Below are positions 1 to 10,667 of a DNA stretch of 64,000 nucleotides, one piece after another. A program made the position numbers and the translations under genes. Position 1 is the first letter of the stretch, and each line of letters begins with the position of its first letter. Under the pieces are notes generated by a model. That model saw nothing but the letters and a program-made list of their open reading frames with translations. It searched no databases and was not told the origin of the DNA. The DNA comes from Pirellulales bacterium (lineage in GTDB: Bacteria > Planctomycetota > Planctomycetia > Pirellulales > PALSA-1355): assembly GCA_963733035.1 (NCBI GenBank), contig CAVTBU010000001.1:17124-81123 (forward strand). Reading direction: 5' to 3'.

Positions 1-584
1 GCTACTTGCAAATGCTTAGCGTTTCCAGCGCCCGCCAGGCTGGCAGCATGCCGCGGTGGTGGCTGGAACCGACCTACGACGCCATCCTCGCGGATGCCGA
101 CGGTCTGGCTTTCGAATTCCGGGGAGCCAGCGTGAAGGCCATGACCGAGGATCAGTATCTGGATGCCAACGGGCAGCGGAAGGCCAGCGGCCGCGTGGAC
201 GGCATGGCCCGCAAGTGGTCGGACCTGATGACCAGGCACTACGACGAACTATCGCGGCAGGACGCCATCTTCGGCCAATTGCGCAACTGTATCGACATGG
301 CCGTGCTGGCCGCCCTGATCCACAAGGAAAACCTGGCCGAGAAGGTCCATTGGAGCATGCCGCTATTGCTCGATACCAAACTGCAGGTCGAGCGGCACTA
401 TCCCGCCCGGCAGGTCGCCTCGCAGGCCAGCGCGGTGCACAAAAACGGCGCCTGGATCCTGAGCGTCTCGGGTGGCGTGATGATCAACCCCTGGCAACTG
501 GTAAACCACGTGAAACAAAACCCCGAGTTGGCCACCCTCCGCAAAACGACCACCCCACCAGCTGAACATTGGTGCTGGAACTAA
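1..584 (+). CDS. 3' part of the upstream DUF1598-family gene copy (5' end outside the window)
   Basis: Translation matches the C-terminal ~190 aa of the 721-2082 protein (...RWWLEP...SGGVMINP...HWCWN). Confidence 0.85.
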   Translation, partial: YLQMLSVSSARQAGSMPRWWLEPTYDAILADADGLAFEFRGASVKAMTEDQYLDANGQRKASGRVDGMARKWSDLMTRHYDELSRQDAIFGQLRNCIDMAVLAALIHKENLAEKVHWSMPLLLDTKLQVERHYPARQVASQASAVHKNGAWILSVSGGVMINPWQLVNHVKQNPELATLRKTTTPPAEHWCWN

Positions 585-615
585 TTCAATTAAGCACGCA
601 AGCCGGCACGCATCC
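1..615. repeat. Upstream (partial) copy of a 1498-bp tandem duplication; matches 1499-2113
   Basis: 1-615 matches 1499-2113 at offset 1498. The only differences I found are T110/A1608 and T158/C1656. Identity ends after GCACGCATCC. Confidence 0.95.
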
Positions 616-720
616 TTCGACGTTTGCCGGTCGTCGCAGATGATCGAGCGTACAAGACAATTGAGTCGCCCGTCAGATTTCGGGAGGCATCACGAAATTC
701 GAAATCGGAAGGGAGCCTCC

Positions 721-2082
721 ATGTCGATCCAGCGAGAAAACACGTCGCGGCCATGCGCCTTGCTATTGGTGGCCACGTTCGTCTTAGTCCAGGCGGCGTT
801 TACGTCGACTGCGCAGGCGCAGCTCTTCGGCCGTCAGCAGGTGGGTGGCGTCTCGATTGACCCGAATGGATTGCTTTCGAAGATCGAGTTGGATCAACTG
901 AACGAGTTGAAGCGGGTGCGACAGGAAGCCTTTGCTCCGGTGCCCGATGGTTTGCAGGACCAGGGCCTGCGGAAGATCTCGCTCCGCGGCCTGGAGGCGG
1001 CCATCGCCGAGTTGCACCGCGACGGCCTGCCGCTGACCGATGAGATCCGCTACCTGGGCGGACTACAACGCATTCAATACGTGCTGGTCTACCCCGAGCG
1101 GAACGATATCGTCATCGCCGGGCCGGCCGAAGGCTGGAAGCTCAACGCCCTGGGAGAAGTCGTCGGCCTGACGACCGACCGCCCTGTGTTGCTGCTCGAC
1201 GATTTGCTCGTCTCGCTCCGAGCGATCGAAGGCGCCCAAGCGACGGGGATCCTCTGCTCGATCGATCCGACCAACGAAGGCCTGGCCCGGTCGGCCGCGC
1301 TGATCAAACGACTGACCAACCCGGGCTCGAACATCGAACCGGTGCTGCGGCAACTGGAAGAGGCCGTCGGCCCGCAAACGATCACCGTCAAGGGCGTGCC
1401 CGACACCAGCCACTTTGCTCGCGTGCTGGTGGCCGCCGACTATCGCATGAAGCGGATCGCGATGGGCTTCGACGAGTCGCCCGTCCGTCAGCTTCCCAGC
1501 TACTTGCAAATGCTTAGCGTTTCCAGCGCCCGCCAGGCTGGCAGCATGCCGCGGTGGTGGCTGGAACCGACCTACGACGCCATCCTCGCGGATGCCGACG
1601 GTCTGGCATTCGAATTCCGGGGAGCCAGCGTGAAGGCCATGACCGAGGATCAGTACCTGGATGCCAACGGGCAGCGGAAGGCCAGCGGCCGCGTGGACGG
1701 CATGGCCCGCAAGTGGTCGGACCTGATGACCAGGCACTACGACGAACTATCGCGGCAGGACGCCATCTTCGGCCAATTGCGCAACTGTATCGACATGGCC
1801 GTGCTGGCCGCCCTGATCCACAAGGAAAACCTGGCCGAGAAGGTCCATTGGAGCATGCCGCTATTGCTCGATACCAAACTGCAGGTCGAGCGGCACTATC
1901 CCGCCCGGCAGGTCGCCTCGCAGGCCAGCGCGGTGCACAAAAACGGCGCCTGGATCCTGAGCGTCTCGGGTGGCGTGATGATCAACCCCTGGCAACTGGT
2001 AAACCACGTGAAACAAAACCCCGAGTTGGCCACCCTCCGCAAAACGACCACCCCACCAGCTGAACATTGGTGCTGGAACTAA
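721..2082 (+). CDS. DUF1598-domain secreted planctomycete protein
   Basis: Signal-peptide-like N-terminus (AQA/Q). Motifs GGVSIDPNG, LRKISL, DIVIAGPAEGW, CSIDPT, ADYRMKRIAMG and SGGV are typical of DUF1598. GGGAG RBS precedes ATG 721 (ORF open from 640). Confidence 0.85.
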   Translation: MSIQRENTSRPCALLLVATFVLVQAAFTSTAQAQLFGRQQVGGVSIDPNGLLSKIELDQLNELKRVRQEAFAPVPDGLQDQGLRKISLRGLEAAIAELHRDGLPLTDEIRYLGGLQRIQYVLVYPERNDIVIAGPAEGWKLNALGEVVGLTTDRPVLLLDDLLVSLRAIEGAQATGILCSIDPTNEGLARSAALIKRLTNPGSNIEPVLRQLEEAVGPQTITVKGVPDTSHFARVLVAADYRMKRIAMGFDESPVRQLPSYLQMLSVSSARQAGSMPRWWLEPTYDAILADADGLAFEFRGASVKAMTEDQYLDANGQRKASGRVDGMARKWSDLMTRHYDELSRQDAIFGQLRNCIDMAVLAALIHKENLAEKVHWSMPLLLDTKLQVERHYPARQVASQASAVHKNGAWILSVSGGVMINPWQLVNHVKQNPELATLRKTTTPPAEHWCWN

Positions 2083-2087
2083 TTCAA

Positions 2088-3100
2088 TTAAGCACGCAAG
2101 CCGGCACGCATCCGCCACAGCCCAGCCAGAATCATTCCACAAAGCAGTAGATACGCTGAGCCGGGCTCCGGCACGCTAAACGCGTAAAAGTAAATTGGCC
2201 GCGGTCCGGCTGAGTCCCATTCACTGGTGGTAAAAAAGCCGGAGCCGTCTGCAGCCCAGCCAATCGCCTCACCCTGCGTCTCCGCGGCCAGCGTTACGGG
2301 AAGCGGCGTCGTCTGCAGCGCATCGGTCACAGATTGACCGGGACTGCGATTCCACAGATAGGCCGTGGTTGAGCGATTGCGGATGAGAATATGCAGTCCG
2401 TCGGGCGAAATGTCGGCGGCACTCGGCTCTCCGATGGCCACGTCGACGTTGCCGGCAAATTGCAGCACGTTCGTTTTTCCTGGCACATCGAAAACATCGG
2501 CCGTGGCCCGGTAAATTTGTCCGCCGGGATTCTTGGTCACAATAAACAAATCGCCGGTTAGCGGGTCGACCATCAACGACTCGGCGTTCCGCGGACCGGT
2601 CGGGTATTGCAACAGCGCGGTCTGATACTGCGTGAAGACAATCGAGCCGCCGTTTGAATGGGTGGGCTCGGTCGTCCGATAGATCTCGATGGAAGTGCGC
2701 ACACTATCGTTGTCGCCGATGTCGCCGAGATACAGGTAGCTGCCTCCGCCGGCCTTCGGCCCGATGGCAATGTCCTCCCAGTCCACGTTCGTCGCACCGA
2801 TGAGCGAGAATTGGCCCAGGAGTGATCCGTCGGTCGCCACGGCAAAAAACCTCGCAGTATCGCCCGCGTCGTTGTGCATCCAGAGAACGCCCGGCATCGA
2901 AACGCTGCCCGCCAGCCCGGAGGTCTCTTGCAGGCTAGTCGAAGTTGTCGTGCCCACTTGCACGGCGGGACCAATGGTCGTGGCCCATGCCGCGCCGCTC
3001 ACGTATGTGCTCAATGAGAAAACGACACCAGCGAATACCCGCGGAATGTGCAACACGGCGGCAAGCCTTTCAAAACTGCAAACGACGGCCTCGGCGCGGA
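2088..3100 (-). CDS. PEP-CTERM-anchored beta-propeller (SdiA-regulated/phytase-like) surface protein; start approximate
   Basis: C-terminal VPEPGSAYLLLCGMILAGLWRMR sorting signal. Motifs ETSGL, WMHNDAG, DWEDIA, YLGDIGDN, NAESL and QGEAIGW. The ORF is open to 3356; the true start is uncertain. Confidence 0.75.
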
Positions 3101-3304
3101 ATTGTTCGGACGCCGGATGCTTCCCACACCCGAGCCAGTCGGCCGACTGATTGAGCCACAACACGCATTTCACACCTACGTGAAGGCATGCAGAGTAAGT
3201 GTCGCCGCATAAAGAATCAATTCGATATTGCGTTAGGAACGTGTTACGAATTGATGAGGGGCAACTACAAATTGCGATTTTCGATGGCCTGTCCGCAGGT
3301 CGCG

Positions 3305-6300
3305 TCAATCGACGCGTTGCAGTATCACAACGCCGTAGTCCGGCACGTTGAGCCAATCACGGCGTCCGATGCGGCGGTCGCGGCCGCCATTGGTGTGCTC
3401 GTCCTCGTTCTCGCAACGTACGGCAAACGCCGGCCAGGTCGAATTCCATAGTTCCCGGTAGGTTCCCTCTGGCAAGTTCAAGTCACTTGCGCCGCGGTAT
3501 CCGGACCAACCGCCGAAATTGAGCAGCACGAAGAAATCGTGCGTCTGACCTCGCGTGAACGTCAGCACTTGTTGCTCCGCCGCGCGCACTTCCAATGGCG
3601 CGGGCCCGTGAATCGACTCGTCGCGGTGCAACCAGCAGAGCGTGCGCCACCACTGGCGAACTCTCGAGCGATCCTCGTCCTGCAAATAGCCATCCAAATC
3701 CAGGGAGTTTGTGCCGCCGAACGTGAACTGGCGGTCTTCGGCCGACTCGGCCCCCATGAACAGCAGCGGGATGCCACGGGAGAGGAGCGTGCAGGCCGCG
3801 GCGACCTTCGACATCCGCAAACCTTGCGACCAGCCAGCAACGTAGGCCACGCGGTCGCGAACGTTGCCAACCTCGTCGTGGCTCTCCGGGTAGTTCGTCA
3901 CCTTGTACCAATCATCGCAAGCAGTGTGGCTCAGTTGCAGAGACGCCGCCAGGCGGGCCATGCCAAACTGGCGCCGGCACGCGTCGACGACGCGGTCGTG
4001 AAAATCGTCGCACCACTGCGTATCCATCGGGCCGCCATCGTTTGTCAACGACCACTCGTTGGGAAGGTGTTCGGCCGCCAACAAACACTGTGCTCCGGCC
4101 TGCGTTCGGACCGCATGCCGGAGCGTCTGCAGGAACTCCCAACCGCCGCCCGAGCCGAGCTGACGCACGAAGGTGCTCCACGAGTCCCAAGCACCGGAGT
4201 GTACGATCGTGGCGGTATGATCGAGGCGGAAACCGTCGATGTGATATTCCTGGGCAAGGTAAACCAGGTTCTGGGCAAAGAAGTGCCGGCACTGTGGATG
4301 ATCGAAATTGATCATCGCGCCCCATTGGGTATCGCCGTCGAAGAAGCTCTCTCTCGCAATTTGCCACAGAATGTTGTCGATACTTCCGGCGTGATTGAAC
4401 ACCACGTCCAACAGCACGGCAAAGCCATGGCAATGACACGTGTCGACGAATTCCTTGAGCGCGTGCGGCCCCGCCTCGCCACAATAGCTGCTTTCGACCG
4501 CATAGAAGAACGCCGGGTCGTAGCCCCAGGAGTGCGTACTGCCAAACTCGCTGACGGGCAGCAACTGGATGGCCGTCACGCCCAAGTCGCGCAAATAGCC
4601 GGCCTGGCTGTCGATCTCGCGGGCGAGGCGCAACAGCGGGGGCAAATCCTGAAAACGGTTCGTGAAGCGGCTGGCATGCAATTGATAGACAATCAGGTAT
4701 TCCCAACCCGGCCGTTGCCATTGCTGATCGTGCCAGGTGTACGCATCGGAGCGCACGAGCCGCGAGCATGCCGTTTCATTCCAGGTGTCTTCGACCCATC
4801 CGGCGGCCGGATCCTGCAATCGCTTCAGACCGTTGAATAGATACTGATACTTGACCCCGTGGTAGTCGGCGGTGCCGTTTCCCAGACCGTGCATCACCTG
4901 GCCGATCGGAACGCGAGCCCACCAATAGGTGTCGTCGCACGTCGAGTGCATCGGCACCGCGCCAGTCGACTCGCCGGTCCAGGGACCGACCACGTGCACC
5001 GTCGCTGCCTCCGGCGCATGCACGACGAAGTGCAAGAAGCCCCCTTCGGCATAGGCACCCGGACGCCGGATGGTGAACGGCGGATCCTGAAACAAATCGT
5101 CGGGCGGCGGAACTTCCAGCAGCGGTGGGCGGTCCAGCACGACATAGCGACGCACTTCCGCGGCCTCGGGCGCCAGTCGCAGTGCATGCCGCGTACGTTC
5201 CCATTGACCGTCGCCATCGTGAAATTTCAATGAGATGGTGACCTCGGGGTAGACGTCAACAGAAACGTTGCCCTCGGCGTCGACCGGTACGTCCGCAAGC
5301 AACGCGCCGCGGGCTTGATTGACCCAAAGATGGACAAATCGGCGATTGCCGTTGGGCCAAGCCCTCGAACACGAGGCAATGCTCAAGTGCAGTCGACAAT
5401 TTTGATGAGGCAACTCGCTGAAAAGGTGGTTGTCTCCCTCGAGCGTCCAAAACTCACAATCCTCGACGAGGCGAATTGACCTACGTTTGGCTTCCGCATG
5501 TTCCCACGAGTCGGGCGCGTCGGGATTCCAGAAAAGCACTCCGTAGGGGAAGTCCTCAAACAAGTCGGTTTCGAAGCATTGCCACCCGCCGGGCTGCTCG
5601 CTGCCGCTGACGTCGATCTCATAGTCACCGCACTCGGACCACAACCGCATCTTCGTTGGGGCTTCAAACTCCTGCCGGTAATGGAGACGCAAAGTCCGCA
5701 GCGCCGGCCGTGTCGGAGTCATCTCCGCGGCTCCGCTGTGTGTCCACAAGAGCGGTCCGTCCTGCGCGGTCCAAATCCGATTGGCGCTTTCGGCCTCAAA
5801 CAAGGAGAACTGCCCCGGTTCGTCCAGTCCAACAAACTTGAAGTTGAAGAACGATTGTTCTTGGCCAACCAGCTCGACGTCGAAGAATGGGCCCGATTCA
5901 TCTTCGCCGCTGGCATCCACCCGGCGGCCCGCCAGCGTCGCCGCGTCCCACAGGTACATCTGACCGGGACGGTACTTTCGCTGTGAAATCAGATGCACGC
6001 GAATTCGCTCGTGTCGCGTCGCGCGAGGATCAGCCAGCAATACGCGCAGCGCCCTCGACGAACCACACTGTTTCAGGAAACGTGCCCTCGGCGGCGCGGG
6101 GCATTTCGCGCTGATGGGCGTCGGGTTCAAATGCGCCGGGTGACCCTTCAACAGCGAATTCAAACAACATAAATCGCACATGTTCGAAAACGGCGGGCTC
6201 AAAGTCGTAATCGAATTCGACCCAACCGGGACCCTTCGCGCCGGGAAGTGGCGGCAGGTAGAGTTTGACGTTGGTGCCTTCGCGCCAGACGTGTAGGCCA

Positions 6301-6338
6301 GGGTTTTTCAGGTGCGTATAAGCGATGAATCGCGACAC
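3305..6338 (-). CDS. GH13 alpha-amylase-family enzyme (TreZ/GlgB-like) with repeated N-terminal carbohydrate-binding-like modules; split by a frameshift near 6045
   Basis: Motifs YQLH, LGVTAIQLLPV, SWGYDP, DVVFNH, DGFRLD, AEH, ESHDEVGN and GIPLLFMG. ORF 6030-6338 (MSRFIAY...FVEGAA) continues into LLADPR of ORF 3305-6202. Confidence 0.85.
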
Positions 6339-6558
6339 AGGACCGATGCTCCACGGACCCCTCTTGGCCGCATCCGCAAGTTCGCCCCAAGAATAGCATG
6401 TGGGTGATAAAAGGAAAGCGAGAGCAGGGAATCGCCCTGTTGTCGACCTTCGTGACGCTCTGGTGCGGCAAGCCGTTGAGATACGGTAGACTGGTCACAC
6501 GTCGCGCAACGGAATGCAGTGGCTTATTCCGTGCGCCCATTCGGAGAGAAAACGCGAT

Positions 6559-7713
6559 ATGCCCAACACCAACAAAATGCAACAGGACGTCGTCGCCAGC
6601 ATCCGGCAGTTTGTCGAGCGAGTTATTCTTCCGGTCGCCAGCCGGCTCGAGCATGCCGACGAGTATCCGCGCGAGATCGTCGAAGGGATGCGCGAACTAG
6701 GGCTGTTTGGCTGCAACGTGCCGGTCGAGTTTGGCGGGCTGGGGCTCGATTACACGACCTTCGCGAGGATCGTTGAGGAAATCTCGCGCGGCTGGATGAG
6801 CGCGGTCGGTCCGCTCGGCACGCATTCGGTCATCTGCGACGTCATCGCTCGCTTCGGCACCGCGGAGCAACGAGGGCGGTTTCTACCCGGTCTTGCCAGC
6901 GGCGAGCGCCGCGGCGGTCTGGCACTTTCAGAAACCGACGCCGGGACCGACGTGCAGCGAATTCGCACCACGGCGACGCTCGATGGCCACGGTTATCGCA
7001 TCAACGGTTCGAAGATGTGGATCACCAACGGCCGACACGGCAACACCTTCGTGCTCGCCGCGAAGACCGACACTGCCGCCTCTCCAGCATATGCCGGCAT
7101 TTCGGCATTCATCATTGAGAAAGGGGGCGAGGGATTCCGAGTCGGCCGCGACATCGACAAGCTCGGCTACAAGGGCGTTGAGACCTGCGAGTTGTTCTTC
7201 GAGGACTTCTACGTGCCGGCTGCCAACCTGATCGGGGGCCAGGAGGGGGAGGGCTTCAAACAAATCATGACCGGCCTGGAAAGCGAACGCATCAATGTCG
7301 CTGCACGGGGCGTCGGTCTGGCCCGGGCCGCGTTCGAGGACGCGATTCGCTACGCCCAGCAGCGGCAAACGTTTGGCAAGCCAATTTGCGAGCACCAGAC
7401 GATTCAAATCAAGTTGGCCGACATGGCCACCAAGATCGAGGCCGCCCGGCTGTTGGTCTATTCAGCCGCCGAAAAGAAAGATCGGGGAGAACGTTGCGAT
7501 TTGGAAGCAGGCATGGCGAAACTGTTTGCCACCGAAACAGCCCAGGAGGTGGCCTTGGAAGCGTTGCGCGTGCACGGCGGCGCTGGTTATTCCAAGGACC
7601 TCAACGTTGAGCGCTATTATCGCGACGCTCCGCTGCTCATCGTCGGCGGCGGCACGAACGAACTGCAGCGTCTCGTAATCGCCAAGGGACTTATCGCCAG
7701 GTACGCCATTTAG
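6559..7713 (+). CDS. Acyl-CoA dehydrogenase
   Basis: Motifs LALSETDAGTD, NGSKMWITNG, KLGYKG, RQTFGKPI, HGGAGY, VERYYRDA and GGTNELQR. Confidence 0.95.
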   Translation: MPNTNKMQQDVVASIRQFVERVILPVASRLEHADEYPREIVEGMRELGLFGCNVPVEFGGLGLDYTTFARIVEEISRGWMSAVGPLGTHSVICDVIARFGTAEQRGRFLPGLASGERRGGLALSETDAGTDVQRIRTTATLDGHGYRINGSKMWITNGRHGNTFVLAAKTDTAASPAYAGISAFIIEKGGEGFRVGRDIDKLGYKGVETCELFFEDFYVPAANLIGGQEGEGFKQIMTGLESERINVAARGVGLARAAFEDAIRYAQQRQTFGKPICEHQTIQIKLADMATKIEAARLLVYSAAEKKDRGERCDLEAGMAKLFATETAQEVALEALRVHGGAGYSKDLNVERYYRDAPLLIVGGGTNELQRLVIAKGLIARYAI

Positions 7714-7722
7714 GCACCGAAT

Positions 7723-8568
7723 TCAGGCGATAAACTCGCGGTAGAAGTAATACCCCGCCAAACTGAAACCAATCGTCACGATCAGTGCCCGGGCAAGCCT
7801 TTTGTCAACGCGCCGAATCGTACGGGCGGCCAGGTAGCCGCCGAGCATCGACGCGACCGCCATCATGGCCGCGATGCGCCAGTAGACGTTCCCGCTGCTC
7901 GCGAACACAATTACGCTGGTCCCGTTGATCACCAGATTCAGCAACATCTTGACGGCGTTCATCCGGTGAATGTCGGACATGCCCATGATCGCCAAGGCGC
8001 TGAGCATCAGAATGCCGATGCCGGCGCCGAAGTAACCCCCGTAGATAGCGACCAGGAATTGAAATCCGATTGCAGCCGCGATTGGAACCGCGGAACTGGG
8101 AGGACGAGCCCGCCCAGGGTCCGCCGCGCTGCCGTCCGGGAGCTGTTGTGGTTGGTTGAGCCCAATCCACCGCGCGATCTGCGGCTGCAGCGCGAACAGC
8201 ATGGCGGCCACGAGAATCAGCCAGGGCACCAGATTCTTGAACGTGGCGCCCGGAAGCATGACGAGCAGCAGAGACCCGATCAATCCACCCACCAGGCTAG
8301 GACCAATCAGGAGCATCGCCCAGCGCAGTTCTTGGCGAATCTCATCGCGATAACCGGCCAGCGCGGCGACCGCGCCAGGCACCAGCGCTACGGTGCTCGT
8401 GGCATTGGCCATCACAGCCGCCTCCCCGGAAGTACCGAGCGCGGCATAGAGAACCGGAAACGTCAAAAGCGTGCCGCCCCCCGCGACGGCATTGATCGCG
8501 CCGGCCAAAAACGCGGCGAGGCATAGTAAGAGATACTCGGCCAGCAACGACGGACCCTTCACACACAA
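7723..8568 (-). CDS. TauE/SafE (TSUP) family membrane exporter
   Basis: Motifs AGAINAVAGGGTLLTFP, ANATSTVAL and YGGYFGAGIGILML; multiple TM segments. Confidence 0.92.
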   Translation of the reverse strand: MCVKGPSLLAEYLLLCLAAFLAGAINAVAGGGTLLTFPVLYAALGTSGEAAVMANATSTVALVPGAVAALAGYRDEIRQELRWAMLLIGPSLVGGLIGSLLLVMLPGATFKNLVPWLILVAAMLFALQPQIARWIGLNQPQQLPDGSAADPGRARPPSSAVPIAAAIGFQFLVAIYGGYFGAGIGILMLSALAIMGMSDIHRMNAVKMLLNLVINGTSVIVFASSGNVYWRIAAMMAVASMLGGYLAARTIRRVDKRLARALIVTIGFSLAGYYFYREFIA

Positions 8569-8756
8569 TCCGAGAGCGACGTGCCGAGTATAACCGGCCC
8601 CCAGGTGACCTTCTACCGGAAACGCAAGACGCCATGCAGGTTATTGCGGGCCAAGTTTGACGACGCTGGAGGCCCTGCCTACGATTCCGTTGGCAACTGT
8701 CCTTCCATGAATCGATTTCAAACGAGTATCAATTTGCGGCAGCGAAGGAGAATGCA

Positions 8757-8948
8757 ATGAGTCAAGACCAGCCGGCCACTAGGAGCGACCCGACGCGCGA
8801 CGCCGCTCAACGGCAGGCCGAGTTGGCCCGCAAACTTGCGGCCAGCAAACAGCCGGACGCGGTGGATGAAGCGTCGGACGAATCATTTCCGGCCAGCGAT
8901 CCGCCAGCCTGGACCGAGACGACCGCCAGCAAAAACCGCGGTAAATGA
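8757..8948 (+). CDS. Small conserved protein with DEAS-ESFPASDPP motif
   Basis: AAGGAG RBS; conserved motif VDEASDESFPASDPPAW. Confidence 0.8.
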   Translation: MSQDQPATRSDPTRDAAQRQAELARKLAASKQPDAVDEASDESFPASDPPAWTETTASKNRGK

Positions 8949-8972
8949 CGCCGCCAATTTGTTGACGGCAAA

Positions 8973-10004
8973 TTACGTTGCGGGTGCCAATTGAAGCACC
9001 CACTGCTGAAAGTCGCGATCGAGCTCCTCGATCGCGACGTTGGGAAATGCCTCGCTTAACGATCGCTGCCCGCGGGGATCATTGGCGTGCCGCTGACGAA
9101 AGGCGCGATAGAACTCCGCAAGCAGGCCCCGTTGCTGCAAGTATAAGCAGAAGTACCTCGCCTGGGCGTAGTTGGTGCCCTCGCCTGGACCGCGAAAATA
9201 CGGGTTCTCCATCAGTCGAGACAACGAGGCAAGCTGCCCGGCACGAGTTACGGCCTGCAAACCCTCGAGCCGCCAGTTGACCAGCCCCTCGATCCAGGGT
9301 CCGTCGTCGCTCGAGCGGAATCTCGACTGTTCGTGCAAACTCGCTAGCCCTTCGTTGAACCAATCGGGAGCCTGCGGAAAGTCGAAATCCATCAGCGCGT
9401 GCGTCAGTTCGTGCAGCAGTGTTCCCTGGCCGGTTCCCAGATTCAGCACCAGCGTGCGCAGCTTCGGCTTGTAGTAGCCGTAGATCGAGATGCCGCGCTC
9501 GCCGAACAGCTTTTCGCAATAGCGATTGTAACTCTCCTCACCGCGAAACACGAGCACCGTGACCGGCGCGTCGGGCTTGGCGTCGAAGTAGCTGTGATGC
9601 ATCGCGCGGACGGCCGGCTTGATTGTCCGCTCGTGTAGTTCGGCAAGTGCCCGTTCATCGAAATCGCCCGCCAACACGAACGGTGCTCGCACAAGCACGC
9701 GACATTCGGCGTCAAGCGCTTTGTCCAAATCGTCCGCGGCCCGCCGACACGCTTGTTCGAGATCATCAACAACGATCTCCCGCGCAGGCACGTCGCGAGC
9801 AGCCAACGCCCACTCGCCCGTGTGTGTTGGCAGGAGGCTGTTGCGCATCACGACGGCCGGTGGTTCAGACTTAAACCACGCGGATAACGCCCAGGACGAG
9901 CCCACAATCGGCAGCGGTCCGAGGATCAAAATTAACCAGCGGAGGCGATTCAAACGCGCGGATTCCTGCACCTGGAAACAAGAACTTTGTTGCGTGAGTT
10001 TCAA
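8973..10004 (-). CDS. DUF1570/peptidase MA-like zinc metallopeptidase, membrane-anchored
   Basis: HELTH...WFNEGLA gluzincin motif, GYY and YAQA motifs, N-terminal TM; start uncertain. Confidence 0.8.
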   Translation of the reverse strand: MKLTQQSSCFQVQESARLNRLRWLILILGPLPIVGSSWALSAWFKSEPPAVVMRNSLLPTHTGEWALAARDVPAREIVVDDLEQACRRAADDLDKALDAECRVLVRAPFVLAGDFDERALAELHERTIKPAVRAMHHSYFDAKPDAPVTVLVFRGEESYNRYCEKLFGERGISIYGYYKPKLRTLVLNLGTGQGTLLHELTHALMDFDFPQAPDWFNEGLASLHEQSRFRSSDDGPWIEGLVNWRLEGLQAVTRAGQLASLSRLMENPYFRGPGEGTNYAQARYFCLYLQQRGLLAEFYRAFRQRHANDPRGQRSLSEAFPNVAIEELDRDFQQWVLQLAPAT

Positions 10005-10157
10005 GCTAGCCGAGGCTCACGCGACTCACAAGTCGCGTAGCATGCCAATTGCGAGCCGGTCAGGCCGGCAATTTTGAGGGCAGCAGGTAAAATCCTTAAA
10101 ACCGCTCGACCTTCCGCCGCCTGCGCCTCAACCAGTGTAGCCCACGCCAATTGCAAG

Positions 10158-10173
10158 TGGCGCACGGTTTGCA
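10158..10173 (+). promoter_or_regulatory. Putative sigma54 -24/-12 promoter for the DUF883 operon
   Basis: TGGCGCACGGTTTGCA fits GG-N10-GC; intergenic, ~200 nt upstream of ATG 10375. Confidence 0.6.
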
Positions 10174-10374
10174 ACCGAAGTAGACCGGATTTTCGTAAGT
10201 CCTTGTGCATTTGTACTGTTTTGGCCCGAACGCGGCGGCAATGCTAGGTTTGAAAGCGCAAATGAGGCAGTTGCCTGCTGCCGCGTCAACCACGATGGCT
10301 GGTATTCTGCCATTAACTTGTGAGTGCGTTTTTGCAGCAAATTCACGCTTGTTTACCTGCGGAGGAATGAGGCC

Positions 10375-10617
10375 ATGCCCACAAACCGAAACCATATTGG
10401 CGCCCACGCTCGGAATGCTGTCGCGGAGATGCAAATGGAAGCCAAGACCATTAAGAACAAAGCTCAAGAGCGCGCATGTGAACTGAGCGAAGCCGCTCGG
10501 GAGCGCGCTGCCGGAGTTCAAAACCAGTTGGAGCAGCGCATTACTCAAAATCCGCTGAAGTCGATTCTGATTGCCGCCGGTGTCGGCGTCGTGTTGGGAT
10601 TCCTCTGGCGGAGGTAA
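10375..10617 (+). CDS. DUF883 (ElaB/YqjD/YgaM-like) tail-anchored protein
   Basis: GGAGG RBS; helical N-terminus; C-terminal NPLKSILIAAGVGVVLGFLWRR. Confidence 0.85.
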   Translation: MPTNRNHIGAHARNAVAEMQMEAKTIKNKAQERACELSEAARERAAGVQNQLEQRITQNPLKSILIAAGVGVVLGFLWRR

Positions 10618-10667
10618 ACGGCGCTAGCGTTCCATTGGATTTGTTTCGTTGAGCGAAGGGTGCGAGG

